A stretch of 64,000 bases of DNA from Macrostomum lignano (taxonomy: Eukaryota), in assembly GCA_002269645.1 (NCBI GenBank), contig NIVC01004018.1, positions 256 through 64,255 on the forward strand, in the 5' to 3' direction. Below are positions 48,601 to 61,090 of this stretch, one piece after another. The stretch's first letter is position 1, and each line of letters starts with the position of its first letter. Made by a program: the position numbers and the translations under genes. The notes below the pieces were generated by a model, which made no database searches, was not told the DNA's origin, and saw only the letters and a program-made list of their open reading frames with translations.

Positions 48601-49731
48601 TGCTGACCTGGCCTCTATCTGATCACTTCGCTACTCACTCTGTTTCAGTCGGCGCCATTCTGAGCATCCCCCAGCCTGTCGTGTTCAAAGTCGAGGACGA
48701 CAACGGAGTCCTGGTCTGTCGAGACGCCTTCGCGTTGGAGCGTAACCGGGTGCTCAACTCAGTTGTGATCCTCCTGTGCTCCTACGTGCTGCCTTTCTTT
48801 GCCATGCTGATCATGAACTGCCTCATCGTTAGGAAGCTGAAGACTGAGGTTCGTGGGGAAGAGGGCCCATTGCGGGATAATGGAATGGGCATGTTGTTCT
48901 GGCAGCATTTTAGGTACTTGGGAATTTGGATGCCGTGATGCTAACAGACTATGGGATATTTGGGGATTTGGATGCTGTGATGCTAACAGACTATGGGATA
49001 TTTGGGGATTTGGATGCTGTGATGCTAACAGACTATGGGATATTTGGGGATTTGGATGCTGTGATGCTAACAGACTATGGGATATTTGGGGATTTGGATG
49101 CTGTGATGCTAACAGACTATGGGATATTTGGGGATTTAGATGCATGCTGAGATCCTAACAGTCTGTGGGATATTTGGGGATTTGAATCTGTGCTGTGATC
49201 CCAACACAGTTATATGTCACTCCCCCATCTGTGCAGGACAGCCGGCCAAATTCCTCAATGAAACGGCAGGCCAGCAAGCGAAGGCTGCGCACCAAAGTGA
49301 CCAAAATGGTGATGCTGGTCATTCTGCTGTACGGCATCTGCTGGCTGCCGACTGAGCTCATCAACTTCTGGTACAACGGCCTGCGGCACATCTTCCCGAT
49401 GAACAACGCCATGCTGGTGGTGAAGATCTGCTCCAACGCTCTTCACTACGCATCCTGCTGCGTCAATCCCATCGTCTATTCAATGCTCAGCGGCTCGTTC
49501 AAAGACGCCATTGTCAAACAGTTTCCAACGGTTGGCCGACGACTGGGCGGCGCCGATAGAGGAGGACGCCGCGACGGCATCGGCGCTGGCAGGATCGACC
49601 GGAGCGAAAACGGCGGAAATGTCGACGGCTCGCCCGGGCAGCGGCAGCTGGAGGCGGGCGATGCGGGCAGTGGAGACGAATTACCGGACGAGGAGTCGCT
49701 GGTCTTCGGTGTGCGGACCACTGAGCTGTGA
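45631..49731 (+). CDS. Rhodopsin-family neuropeptide GPCR (allatostatin-A/galanin/kisspeptin receptor-like), 396 aa; exons 45631-45993, 47385-47517, 48649-48848, 49237-49731
   Basis: N-glycosylation sites, TM1 AANVFV, TM2 LALTDLLF, TM3 LCKF...SRFLAVVHP, TM5 YVLP, TM6 KVTKMV...CWLP, TM7 CVNPIVY; GT-AG introns with phases 0/1/0. Confidence 0.92.
46010..47320. repeat. 19-bp minisatellite filling GPCR intron 1, with an internal duplication of about 474 bp
   Basis: tatgattcactccgctccc units; variant block aatccaatctctacg at 46191 and 46665. Confidence 0.95.
47741..48006. repeat. 15-bp minisatellite in GPCR intron 2
   Basis: gtcatctcatgagc[a/g] units. Confidence 0.95.
48015..48115 (+). mobile_element. 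SINE 3' fragment in GPCR intron 2
   Basis: gcgcgcttgtatgtgctca...ggcggaat...cgccagggtgcacaca matches the 3' half of the 58456-58816 SINE. Confidence 0.5.
48920..49185. repeat. 42-bp minisatellite in GPCR intron 3
   Basis: ggatttggatgctgtgatgctaacagactatgggatatttgg units. Confidence 0.95.
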
Positions 49732-50249
49732 GAACGGTTGGCGCCAATGCTTGAAGAAGCTGCGTACCTGCTGTTGCTACCTGTGTACCAGATATTTAGC
49801 CAAGCGTTCATCTGTATCAGTGAGTGTTGTACCCTGTTGAGTAGATTTCAAATGTAAGCACATGGATAACTATAAATGTAGTGCATAGAGTAAGCTCTCG
49901 AGAACGTAAAGCCATAGACAAATGCGCTAGAAAATCCTGAAGGCCCTGCATGGCGATACGGCAAATACGCGTTCCATAACCGGCCACCAGCTCGTTTCTA
50001 AGAAACTCGAGTCTGGCGTCTTCCTACTTCAGCTGTTCACGTCGAGTAAACCATATGGTTTCGCGTTCCTGCGCCACGACTCAGTTTGTTCATTGCTCAT
50101 TAATATGCACATTCCATTGGACGCTATTATGCCGAGAGCTCTAGTAGTTTGGAATAATTAAAATTTTACATTTCTCCTTCAATAAAAGCCGATATTTTTC
50201 ATTCGCACTGAATGATTGCATATTAAAGCCTTCAGATTTTATTTATTTT

Positions 50250-50688
<439 letters not shown>

Positions 50689-51287
50689 GAAATCCTGCTT
50701 AAGCACAGGAGCGCACTAATCTGAAAGGCTGGTACATGTATGCAAATCCAGATGCATGCAGTCAGACAGAAAGGAGATTCCCAGATCAAAATCGCCGCCC
50801 ACAGAAGACTGCCGCAGGTATCAGCCAGCAATGTGGCCCAACCAGGTCGCGTGCCTGATAATTAGGAATGCAGCAAGAACAGGTATTTTCTTCTGAGTCT
50901 GAATTCCCAAAGCAGAAAGGTTCGTGATCAACATTAGCCAATCGCCTTTATTTCACCTTTGCTGTGGCTGCCAGTCCAGTGGGCGATTTTAGCAACTGAA
51001 AGGGGCTGCTTTCGCCAAAACAGAAATTATCGCAGAGACGCGATCGGCCGATAATTTCCCGTGGCAATTTTCGAAAATTCCGAGACTCACGCAATCGCGA
51101 AGCTTTTTGTTTCTGCACGCTGTGATCTGTCGTTTCCTGGCTATTACAGTAATTTTAAAGCAAGCGCATGAAATTTTTCTTTTAAAAGATTCGTCAGGCT
51201 GCTTTGAGAACTGAAATGCAGAACTCGAAAAAATTCGATAAAATACTTTTGATCTCGCAATAACGTAGCATGTTGCATGTTACAGCA

Positions 51288-52345
51288 GCGGCAGACACCA
51301 GGAAACCCCTACCCAATTATCTCAGATACAGCAGCGGCAGACACCAGGAAACCCCTACCCAATTATCTCAGATACAGCAGCGGCAGACACCAGGAAACCC
51401 CCACCCTATTATCTCAGATACAGCAGCGGCAGACACCAGGAAACTCCCACCCTATTATCTCAGATACAGCAGCCGCAGACACCAGGAAACCCCCACCCAA
51501 TTATCTCAGATACAGCAGCGGCAGACACCAGGAAACCCCCACCCTATTGTCTCAGATACAGCAGCGGCAGACACCAGGAAACCCCCACCCTATTATCTCA
51601 GATGCAGCAGCGGCAGACACCAGGAAACCCCTACCCAATTATCTCAGATACAGCAGCGGCAGACACCAGGAAACCCCCACCCTATTATCTCAGATACAGC
51701 AGCCGCAGACACCAGGAAACCCCCACCCTATTATCTCAGATACAGCAGCGGCAGACACCAGGAAACCCCTACCCAATTATCTCAGATACAGCAGCGGCAG
51801 ACACCAGGAAACTCCCACCCTATTATCTCAGATACAGCAGCCGCAGACACCAGGAAACCCCCACCCTATTATCTCAGATACAGCAGCGGCAGACACCAGG
51901 AAACCCCTACCTAATTATCTCAGATACAGCAGCGGCAGACACCAGGAAACTCCCACCCTATTATCTCAGATACAGCAGCCGCAGACACCAGGAAACCCCA
52001 CCTATTATCTCAGATACAGCAGCGGCAGACACCAGGAAACCCCTACCTAATTATCTCAGATACAGCAGCGGCAGACACCAGGAAACTCCCACCCTATTAT
52101 CTCAGATACAGCAGCGGCAGACACCAGGAAACTCCCACCCTATTATCTCAGATACAGCAGCGGCAGACACCAGGAAACACCACCCAATTATCTCAGATAC
52201 AGCCGCAGACACCAGGAAACTCCCACCCTATTATCTCAGATACAGCAGCGGCAGACACCAGGAAACTCCCACCCTATTATCTCAGATACAGCAGCGGCAG
52301 ACACCAGGAAACCCCACCCAATTATCTCAGATATAGCAGCGGCGC
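51288..52345. repeat. 46-bp minisatellite, about 23 copies
   Basis: cagcagcggcagacaccaggaaacccccaccctattatctcagata units. Confidence 0.96.
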
Positions 52346-53284
52346 ACACCAGAGGACCATCACTAAAAAAAATTTCAATTGAAAAATCCGGCCTCATAGA
52401 CAGACTCTAAGCTGCTGAGCAGTCTTTGCGCCAATATCAGTACCAATAGTACCAATAATACCAATATCAATATCAGTCGTAGCCAGTGGATTAGTGAATT
52501 AACGGTTGAGTAGTAGGGAGCTCGCCCGCAGATCACGTGAGACGCCCTATAGGGAACACAAGTCAGCATCTCATCAGCATTCAGTCAGAGCCCTGTCGCT
52601 ATTCGCACGCAATTTGAGGTCGACGAATGAAAGAAATAATGGGGATCAAATGCAGTTTATTAGTTCACAGAAACAGATGAGACTGGCCCCGGTAGATTAT
52701 CTCGACTCCGCAATTAGCTTGACCTCAAAGATGAACTTCTATTTCCTCCGAAATAAAAAACTATTCGAGGCAGTCCACCAAAAAACCAACAGGGACGAAC
52801 TAGTATTAAATAATGTGCAAAAATGAGAAGGCTGCCGGTGGAATGAGAAATGGAATTGATAGTCTCAACCGAGGGAAGACTGGAATCGAGCCGGCGCATA
52901 TTTGCTTTGGCAATGCGTGCGCCACCCTTCCCATGGGGAATTGTCTGAGCAAATCTTATTGAACCGTGACTGAGTTGTTTACTTGAAGTTGGAGTTGGAG
53001 ACAGATGATGGTAGACGGTAGAGGGGTATAATCAGCTGAAAAAGACTCGGAATACATTCAAAGATGATCGAAATTTCACTCCTTACTCTTATTAATTCAT
53101 CTCACGCAAGCAATTTTGTCCTAAAGTGAATGTTTTACACTCATTTTCATTAATTTTTACTTACAGTAACAAGTTTAATAAACGACGTTAAATATTTTAT
53201 AGTCTAATATGTTAATATTTCTACTACCAGTAGTTCATTGAAGAAAGAAATACAATTATTAGATTTTCTCATTCATTTATAGGG

Positions 53285-55075
53285 TAGGGTAGTCTACTAG
53301 AGGGTAGTCTATGGCTTCAGTAAAGGGTAGTCTATGGCTTCAGTAAAGGGTAGTCTATGGCTTCAGAATAGGGTAGTCTGTGACTTCAGTATAGGGTAGT
53401 CTATGGCTTCAGTAAAGGGTAGTCTATGGCTTCAGTAAAGGGTAGTCTATGGCTTCAGTATAGGGTACTCTATGGCTTCAGTATAGGGTAGTCTATGGCT
53501 TCAGTATAGGGTAGTCTACGTATGACTTCAGTACAGTGTTGTGCAATCGTGTTCTTTTTCGCCCCTCCTGCCCCGCCCCAACCATTCCAGTCTGCCCCAC
53601 CCCTCCAATCAATAATCAATGCGTACGCCGATCACGCCACCTCGCACCACCTCCAACTACCGTACCGTACATTTGTTCTCGAAGTATTTATGTACTGGTA
53701 CGTAGGTCAGATAATAAATATAATGAGAATTATATTAAATAAATAAATATAAAAAGAATTTGCTGTCTAGTGGGCAGCCGCGCCCTTGCGTTCTTTTGGT
53801 CCAATCGTTGGCTACTTCAAAACAAACTTACTTGTCTACCAAAGCACATAGCAAGTGCGAACTGTATCGGCTTTTGCGCGGAAGCTCGTGGGTTCTGCTC
53901 TGTCGTTTTCCTGCTTCTCCCTGGGACACGGGACGGGAGCTCTGACTGGGGACCTGGGGGTCGCAGCTTTCCAACAGGGTTCAGCTGTAGGCGTCGCTCT
54001 GGAGGACGGGGCTCACAACAACAGGGTAGTCTGTGACTTCAGTATAGGGTAGTCTGTGACTTCAGTATAGGGTAGTCTGTGACTTCAGTATAGGGTAGTC
54101 TATTACTTCAGTATAGGGTAGTCTGTGACTTCAGTATAGGGTAGTCTATTACTTCAGTATAGGGTAGTCTGTGACTTCAGTATAGGGTAGTCTGTGACTT
54201 CAGTATAGGGTAGTCTATGACTTCAGTATAGGGTAGTCTGTGACTTCAGTAAAGGGTAGTCTGTGACTTCAGTATAGGGTAGTCTATTACTTCAGTATAG
54301 GGTAGTCTGTGACTTCAGTATAGGGTAGTCTGTGACTTCAGTATAGGGTAGTCTGTGACTTCAGTATAGGGTAGTCTATGACTTCAGTATAGGGTAGTCT
54401 GTGACTTCAGTATAGGGTAGTCTATTACTTCAGTATAGGGTAGTCTGTGACTTCAGTATAGGGTAGTCTGTGACTTCAGTATAGGGTAGTCTATGACTTC
54501 AGTATAGGGTAGTCTGTGACTTCAGTAAAGGGTAGTCTGTGACTTCAGTATAGGGTAGTCTATGGCTTCAGTATAGGGTAGTCTATGGCTTCAGTATAGG
54601 GTAGTCTGTGACTTTAGTATATTTTAGTCTATGGCTTCAATTGAGGGTAGTCTATGGCTGCAGTATAGGGTAGTCTGTGACTTCAGTATAGGGTAGTCTG
54701 TGACTTTAGTATATTGTAGTCTATGGCTTCAATTGAGGGTAGTCTATGGCTGCAGTGTAGGGTAGTCTGTGACTTCAGTATAGGGTAGTCTATGGCTTCA
54801 GTATAGGGTAGTCTGTGACTTTAGTATATTGTAGTCTATGGCTTCAATTTAAGGTAGTCTATGGCTGCAGTATAGGATAGTTTATGACTTCAGTATATTG
54901 TAGTCTATGGCTTCAATTTAAGGTAGTCTATGGCTGCAGTATAGGATAGTCTATGACTTCAGTATATTGTAGTCTATGGCTTCAATTTTAGGTAGTCTAT
55001 GGCTGCAGTATAGGATAGTTTATGACTTCAGTATAGGGTAGTCTGTGACTTCAGTATAGGGTAGTCTATGACTTC
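53285..55075. repeat. 23-bp minisatellite interrupted by a solo LTR
   Basis: tatagggtagtctgtgacttcag units on both sides of 53537-54020. Confidence 0.95.
53537..54020. mobile_element. Solo LTR (484 bp)
   Basis: TGTTGTG...CACAACA termini; 4-bp TSD ACAG (53533-53536; 54021-54024); internal AATAAA and TATAAAA motifs. Confidence 0.85.
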
Positions 55076-55449
55076 AGGGCAAGGAACAGGAAAAGCTTAC
55101 AGGCTAGAGATGCTCTAAGGATCTTGTCACCTGTTTCCAAGTAAATCAACATGGAATCGGGGGAAGTTTTTAAGCTCCACCTGTAAGTGTATGCTCTGCA
55201 TCAGTTAACTGCTTTTACTCGGATACATAAAAACAGGTAAATGGGCTACAGAAGCAGTTCGTGAACAAGCAAACATTTACATCTCATCCGTGTATCATTT
55301 TTGACAAGAAATCTACATTTTCAAATGTTTTCACGATATATGCAGACGCATTAATGAAATTACGAAACTGTTTTCACGCACTTGGCTATATGCTAACAAG
55401 CGAAGCTTGAACAGAAGGCAAGCTAAAAGTACACAGCTGAAAAAACACC

Positions 55450-55918
55450 AGTTCTTACTAAAAGTATCTGCTCACGTAAAAATATTCTTACTAAAAGTAT
55501 CTGCTCACGTAAAAATATTCTTACTAAAAGTATCTGCTCACGTAAAAATATTCTTACTAAAAGTATCTGCTCACGTAAAAATATTCTTACTAAAAGTATC
55601 TGCTCACGTAAAAATATTCTTACTAAAAGTATCTGCTCACGTAAAAATATTCTTACTAAAAGTATCTGCTCACGTAAAAATATTCTTACTAAAAGTATCT
55701 GCTCACGTAAAAATATTCTTACTAAAAGTATCTGCTCACGTAAAAATATTCTTACTAAAAGTATCTGCTCACGTAAAAATATTCTTACTAAAAGTATCTG
55801 CTCACGTAAAAATATTCTTACTAAAAGTATCTGCTCACGTAAAAATATTCTTACTAAAAGTATCTGCTCACGTAAAAATATTCTTACTAAAAGTATCTGC
55901 TCACGTAAAAATATTATT
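55450..55918. repeat. 33-bp minisatellite, about 14 near-identical copies
   Basis: ttcttactaaaagtatctgctcacgtaaaaata. Confidence 0.97.
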
Positions 55919-56279
55919 TACTGAAGAGATTTGCTGCACTGGCTGTGTTCACGGGTAAAATACACGTCAAGAACCAGTTTTTATCAAAGTTACGCAACCG
56001 TGCAAGCTGGCTGACAAATATGTGCCCATCCCATAGCCCATATCCCATAGCAACTGCATGCTCAGAGCTGACAACTTTCAACAGAAACTCACGAAGTTAT
56101 AAATGAAAGCAACCAAACTGTTTTGCAATTTTTTTACAGAGTCTGCATGGTACAGTACAAAAATTCAATTGCACCTGCAAGACTTGCATCTAGTATTGCG
56201 AAAAGGCAGAAGGATTAGTATTATTTGTTGTCATCCTTTTAGCTTGTGCCAACCTTAGCAGGTGTATATGCAGTTGTGA

Positions 56280-57583
56280 ACTCTGTAGCTGGCATTCCTC
56301 TGTAGCTGGCATCAACTCTGTAGCTGGCACCCCCTCTGTAGCTGGCATCCCCTCTGTAGCTGGCATTTCCTCTGTAGCTCGCATCCACTCTGTAGCTCGC
56401 ATCCCCTCTGTAGCTGGCATGCACTCTGTAGCTGGCATCCCCTCAGTAGCTGGCATTTCCTCTGTAGCTCGCATCCACTCTGTAGCTGGCATGCACTCTG
56501 TAGGTGGCATCCCCTCAGTAGCTGGTACCCCCTCTGTAGCTGGCATCCCCTCTTTAGCTAGCATGCACTCTGTAGCTGGTACCCCCTCTGTAGCTGGCAT
56601 CCCCTCTTTAGCTAGCATGCACTCTGTAGCTGGTACCCCCTCTGTAGCTGGCATCCCCTCTTTAGCTGGCATCCCCTCTGTAGCTGGCATCCCCTCAGTA
56701 GCTGGCATCCTCTCTGTAGATGGCATCCCCTCTGTAGCTGGCATCCTCTCTGTAGCTGGCATCCCCTCTGTAGCTGGCATCCCCTCTGTAGCTGGCATGC
56801 ACTCTGTAACTGGCATGCACTCTGTAGCTGGCATGCACTCTGTAGCTGGCATGCACTCTGTAGCTGGCATCCCCTCTGTAGCTGGCAACCCCTCTGTAGC
56901 TGGTATCCCTTCTGTAGCTGGCATCCCCTCTGTAGCTGGCATCCCCTCTGTAGCTGGCATCCCTCTGTAGCTGGCATCCCCTCTGTATCTGGCACCCCCT
57001 CTGTAGCTGGCATCCCATTTGTAGCTGGCATCCCCTCTGTAGTTGGCATCCCCTCTGTAGCTGGCATCCACTCTGTAGCTGGCATCCCCTCTGTAGCTGG
57101 CATCCCCTCTGTAGCTGGCATCCCCTCTGTAGCTGGCATCCCCTCTGTAGCTGGCATCCCCTCTGTAGCTGGCATGCACTCTGTAACTGGCATGCACTCT
57201 GTAGCTGGCATGCACTCTGTAGCTGGCATGCACTCTGTAGCTGGCATCCCCTCTGTAGCTGGCAACCCCTCTGTAGCTGGTATCCCTTCTGTAGCTGGCA
57301 TCCCCTCTGTAGCTGGCATCCCCTCTGTAGCTGGCATCCCTCTGTAGCTGGCATCCCCTCTGTATCTGGCACCCCCTCTGTAGCTGGCATCCCATTTGTA
57401 GCTGGCATCCCCTCTGTAGTTGGCATCCCCTCTGTAGCTGGCATCCCCTCTGTAGCTGGCATCCCCTCTGTAGCTGGCATCCCCTCTGTAGCTGGCATCC
57501 CCTCTGTAGCTGGCATCCCCTCTGTAGCTGGCATCCCCTCTGTAGCTGGCATCCCCTCTGTAGCTGGCATCCCCTCTGTAGCT
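56280..57583. repeat. 18-bp minisatellite with internal block duplications
   Basis: tgtagctggcatcccctc units. Confidence 0.96.
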
Positions 57584-58455
57584 AGCAGCTCTTTTCCACT
57601 CATAAACGCTGTGACCATAATTACGCTCTTATCGGAACAATGGAATAGCTAGTTATAAAGTTTTGCCAATCTGGGGGGTATTTATTTACATTGTAAATAA
57701 ATAAACAAGTGAACTTACTAGCTGTGAACTTTAAAACACGTAGCAGGCGTATGTCATTTTAAATTGTTTTTTTTTGTACAAACGCAGGCGCAATGCGCCA
57801 ATCTCGGTTATGCATTGAAAAGTTGAGAAGAATCAAAGTGAGCAGCCTTCTATACTCAATCGCCAGTCATCCCCTCCAAGTCTGCGGCTCATATAGCCAG
57901 TTTTGCTTTCTTAAAGAGCAAAAAATCAGCTTTTTAAAATTCTCGGAACGCCCCGTACGCTCTTCCCCGCCCATCTCTCTGGGGGATTTCAAGTTCGAGA
58001 GGTGTTTTCAAGTCTAAGTAAAAGTGCAAAGTGGACTCGTGACTGGACGGTGCAGAGAAGGCACATTGGTATTGAGATGAATGTAAGACTATAGATGCTG
58101 ATCGAATGCGGTGCTAATTGAATCAAATAAGATGCTGCTGCACGCAACCATTCACCTCAACGAATGCGAGATGTTCCATTAGCTGTATGATTATGCATGT
58201 ATCTTCCTCAATTCAGCATCTGCTCAATATTAATATTGCTGGCTATAGCGTCAATGTTCAATTAGCACTAGCTTTGCGCTTTATAGATCGAGCGATGGCT
58301 TTCTAAAAATGAACTCCGATCGAAATGGGATCAGGCAGAGCAGCGAGGGCGACTGCCAGCACTAATCGGCCGGTTGAAAAGTTTTTGAGCACAAGTGGTT
58401 GGGGAGGGGTCGACAAAAGTCTGAACTAAGAGAGAAGCTAGAAATGGAATAGGAC

Positions 58456-58816
58456 ATTTTTTTATTAGAGGCAGGGGGGTTGTGTGCACCCTGGCGCACT
58501 TTAAGCGACATAGGCACACAACCGGCGAGAGGCATTACTGCCCATTCCGCCGACTCCCCTGAGCAGGTATACAAGCGCGCGGATACGTACGCAGGCACAC
58601 ACTCACACAGGAGTGTACAGCGGCTCTAACTTTATTTATCGTTAGGCATGTACACTTCACTGCGCCTTGGGGGGGTTGGCTCTCAAGGCCGTTAATTGCA
58701 CGAGCAGAGCCAAGCCGAGATTCCAATTCAGCCCCAAATTAATGTGACTGCACTTGGAATCGAGCCTGGGTCGCTGGCACACCAGAGCAGCTGCGCTACC
58801 GCTGGGCTACGGCCCC
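58456..58816 (-). mobile_element. tRNA-derived SINE (about 360 bp)
   Basis: Minus strand GGGGCCGTAGCCCAGCGG (A box)...GGCTCGATTCC (B box), then a body shared with 145-295, 48015-48115 and 59100-59200, and an A-rich tail. Confidence 0.75.
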
Positions 58817-59099
58817 GTAGAATAAATATGCACTGTTTTAGCCTGCAGCTCAAAATATAACGAAAACTAAGTTAATGTGAGGGTAACTGTAGCAATTATA
58901 TATCGTAAGGGCGTAAGCGCCTGAAAATTTCGAATAAAATGATGTAGTAAACTTGTGAATACAAGTAGGTAATAAAAGTGTCCGTGTGGCCACGTGTTGA
59001 TAAAAGCGCACTTTGTCATTTGAATCCGTTCGAGACCAACATTCATTTGGGACTTAGCTTGTGTGCACGAACATTGCACAGAGAGTTATTGTGGGGGTT

Positions 59100-59200
59100 C
59101 TCATTCTCACGGCCATCAGGGCAAACCCTCAGTCAATAGAGTGTACATGCCTGAACGATTAGAAAGTCACAATTAAGGGCCGCTGTTCATACATGTCTGT
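59100..59200 (+). mobile_element. SINE body fragment
   Basis: gtgtacatgcctgaacgattagaaagtca...gggccgctgt matches 177-215. Confidence 0.5.
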
Positions 59201-59349
59201 GTACAGTATTGGCTGTGCTCATATTGTAGCAATCAAAGACATTTAAAACAGCAGGCTATGGGCATTTTTTCTTCTCTTTATGTAATTTTCCTAGAATTCA
59301 TACTAGTTATATGATTTTGCCATACTTGTAGTTATAATAACATACTCGT

Positions 59350-59730
59350 AGGTGCGGCTTTTGGGTCATAAATCATTGCTTTCAAGCTGGTCTGACAGCC
59401 ACCTGCGCCTCACTCAATCCTGAGACTGGCGCTTGATGGTCTGAGAGGATGCGGGCGGTAGCTTTTTTCTCATCATTTTGACAGGCCATCAAGATTTATG
59501 AGGTCAGGGCCTATTGTTCGTGTTTACTCAAGCGTGTGACAGCTTTGACAGCTATGCATTTTACTCCTAAAAGTACGTTGGGATTAGCGATTAGCGATTT
59601 CTCTTCATTATCCTCACTTTCTACTTAATAAGAGCTTTCTAATGTATATTTTTTCATTAATTTTTGTCATTCCTACGCGAAAGGTCATAAATCATTATGT
59701 AGCGATTTTGAGTGATTTATGACCGCACCT
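59350..59730. mobile_element. About 380-bp MITE-like element
   Basis: AGGTGCGG(cttttgg)GTCATAAATCA vs TGATTTATGACCGCACCT; TSD ambiguous (GT). Confidence 0.5.
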
Positions 59731-59789
59731 GTCGAATTTTTATGGCCCCGAGGGAACTGATAGGATCTTCTGGTCACGTGAGTTTGGGT

Positions 59790-60260
59790 GGCAACAAGCT
59801 CAGCCAATCAGAAAATTCGACGTGCGCTATAACAAATCGGCTCAGCCAATCAGCGTCGAGGTGTTCCATTATAACAAATTGCGGTCCAGTTGGCGGCTAT
59901 TTAAACCGGTGTTTTTGGCCCGCTGCTCGGACTCAACCTCCTGCTCCGCCTCCTGGGACTTTGGCCTAACTTAGACCTCCCGGAGCTCGACCGTCGTCTC
60001 TTGATCCCCGGATCGCGACTCCCCCCATCATCATCAAGGACGAATCCCCCCGGTCGTCAGCAGCGAACATCAAGATTAAGAACATCACCTACTAGCTATC
60101 TGCGAAGATTGTGACATCAGCATCATCCGGGCCTACAGCTGCGAAGCACTAAGCCGATTCGGTCACTGTGGATTACGTGGTCTCCGGCTGTTGAGTTTCT
60201 GATTGGTTGGGTGAGAGGCTACCTAGACTTGCTTGATTGGGTGATTCCCTGTCTGTCCCC
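59790..60260 (+). repeat. Family-A promoter-bearing repeat, second copy
   Basis: Two GCCAATC boxes, two ATAACAAAT motifs, TATTTAAA at 59898-59905; homologous block 60155-60220. Confidence 0.5.
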
Positions 60261-60798
60261 TATTTCAGTAGCTGGATTAAGCGCACATTTTTGCTCATTT
60301 TGTTCAGCAGTGCTGTTATCGAGGCAGAAATCATTCAATAATACTGTTAGAGGTCCGATACTCCAATCCAATCTGAAGTGTGAAGGGATTTAGTGAGAAG
60401 GTTAAATCTGACAGTTATTTTTATCGGTTTTATTTCTTTTTTCGCCGATGGCTCAGATGAGTAGCTAAGCTAGTAGGCGCCGGTCACAGTGGACCAATGG
60501 CAAGGTGGTTCTCAGTCGATCAATCTATCAAATCAGTGAGCAAAATTGCCAATAGTGCAAAATCGGCGCTAGAGATGTACTCTGTGCACTCTAGGTTAGC
60601 CAAGCGGCTCGGGTAATGAATCATGCGGTCTCTGAAGTTCGAGTTAGTTTATCATCAGCGCTAAGAGAGGCTAGTTGGCGCGTTGAAGGCCAAAAGTACA
60701 ATTCCTCGTATTTAGCAATGTAATAGTACATGTAGCTACCCCATAGTCTCGCTACTGCAAGAATCCCCTGCACAAGTCCCCTCTGTACCTGCATGGCC

Positions 60799-61090
60799 AA
60801 TGCGATCAAGTCCCAGCAGTGTCCCTTAACATCGGCTATGACTTCGAGATTGACAGCAAAAAGACACTAGTTGGCAGGTAAGTGTTAAGTCCCCTCTAGT
60901 CGGAAGCCCGATTTCGAAAGTTCCGGTTTGGTGAGCCAGGACGCACGGGCTGCAGGTGGCAGCGGTTAGTTAATCTGCGGATTAGCTGATCTCTACCTTC
61001 AAAATTCTCCCTGCTTGTCTCTCGCTGTCCCTCTCTTTTAGCTATTATATAGGACCTAGACTGCTCGCCACAGATCAAGCTACCATGGGG
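60799..61090 (+). repeat. Family-B repeat, uninterrupted copy
   Basis: Provides the empty sites for the insertions at 9098-9960 and 10166-10964. Confidence 0.85.

Noticed and set aside
52380-52980. Possible solo LTR
   Set aside because: It contains AATAAA and CACGTG, but I found no TG..CA termini or TSD
58745-58816. tRNA gene
   Set aside because: A and B boxes are present but the acceptor and T stems do not pair properly, and it runs into a repeated SINE body
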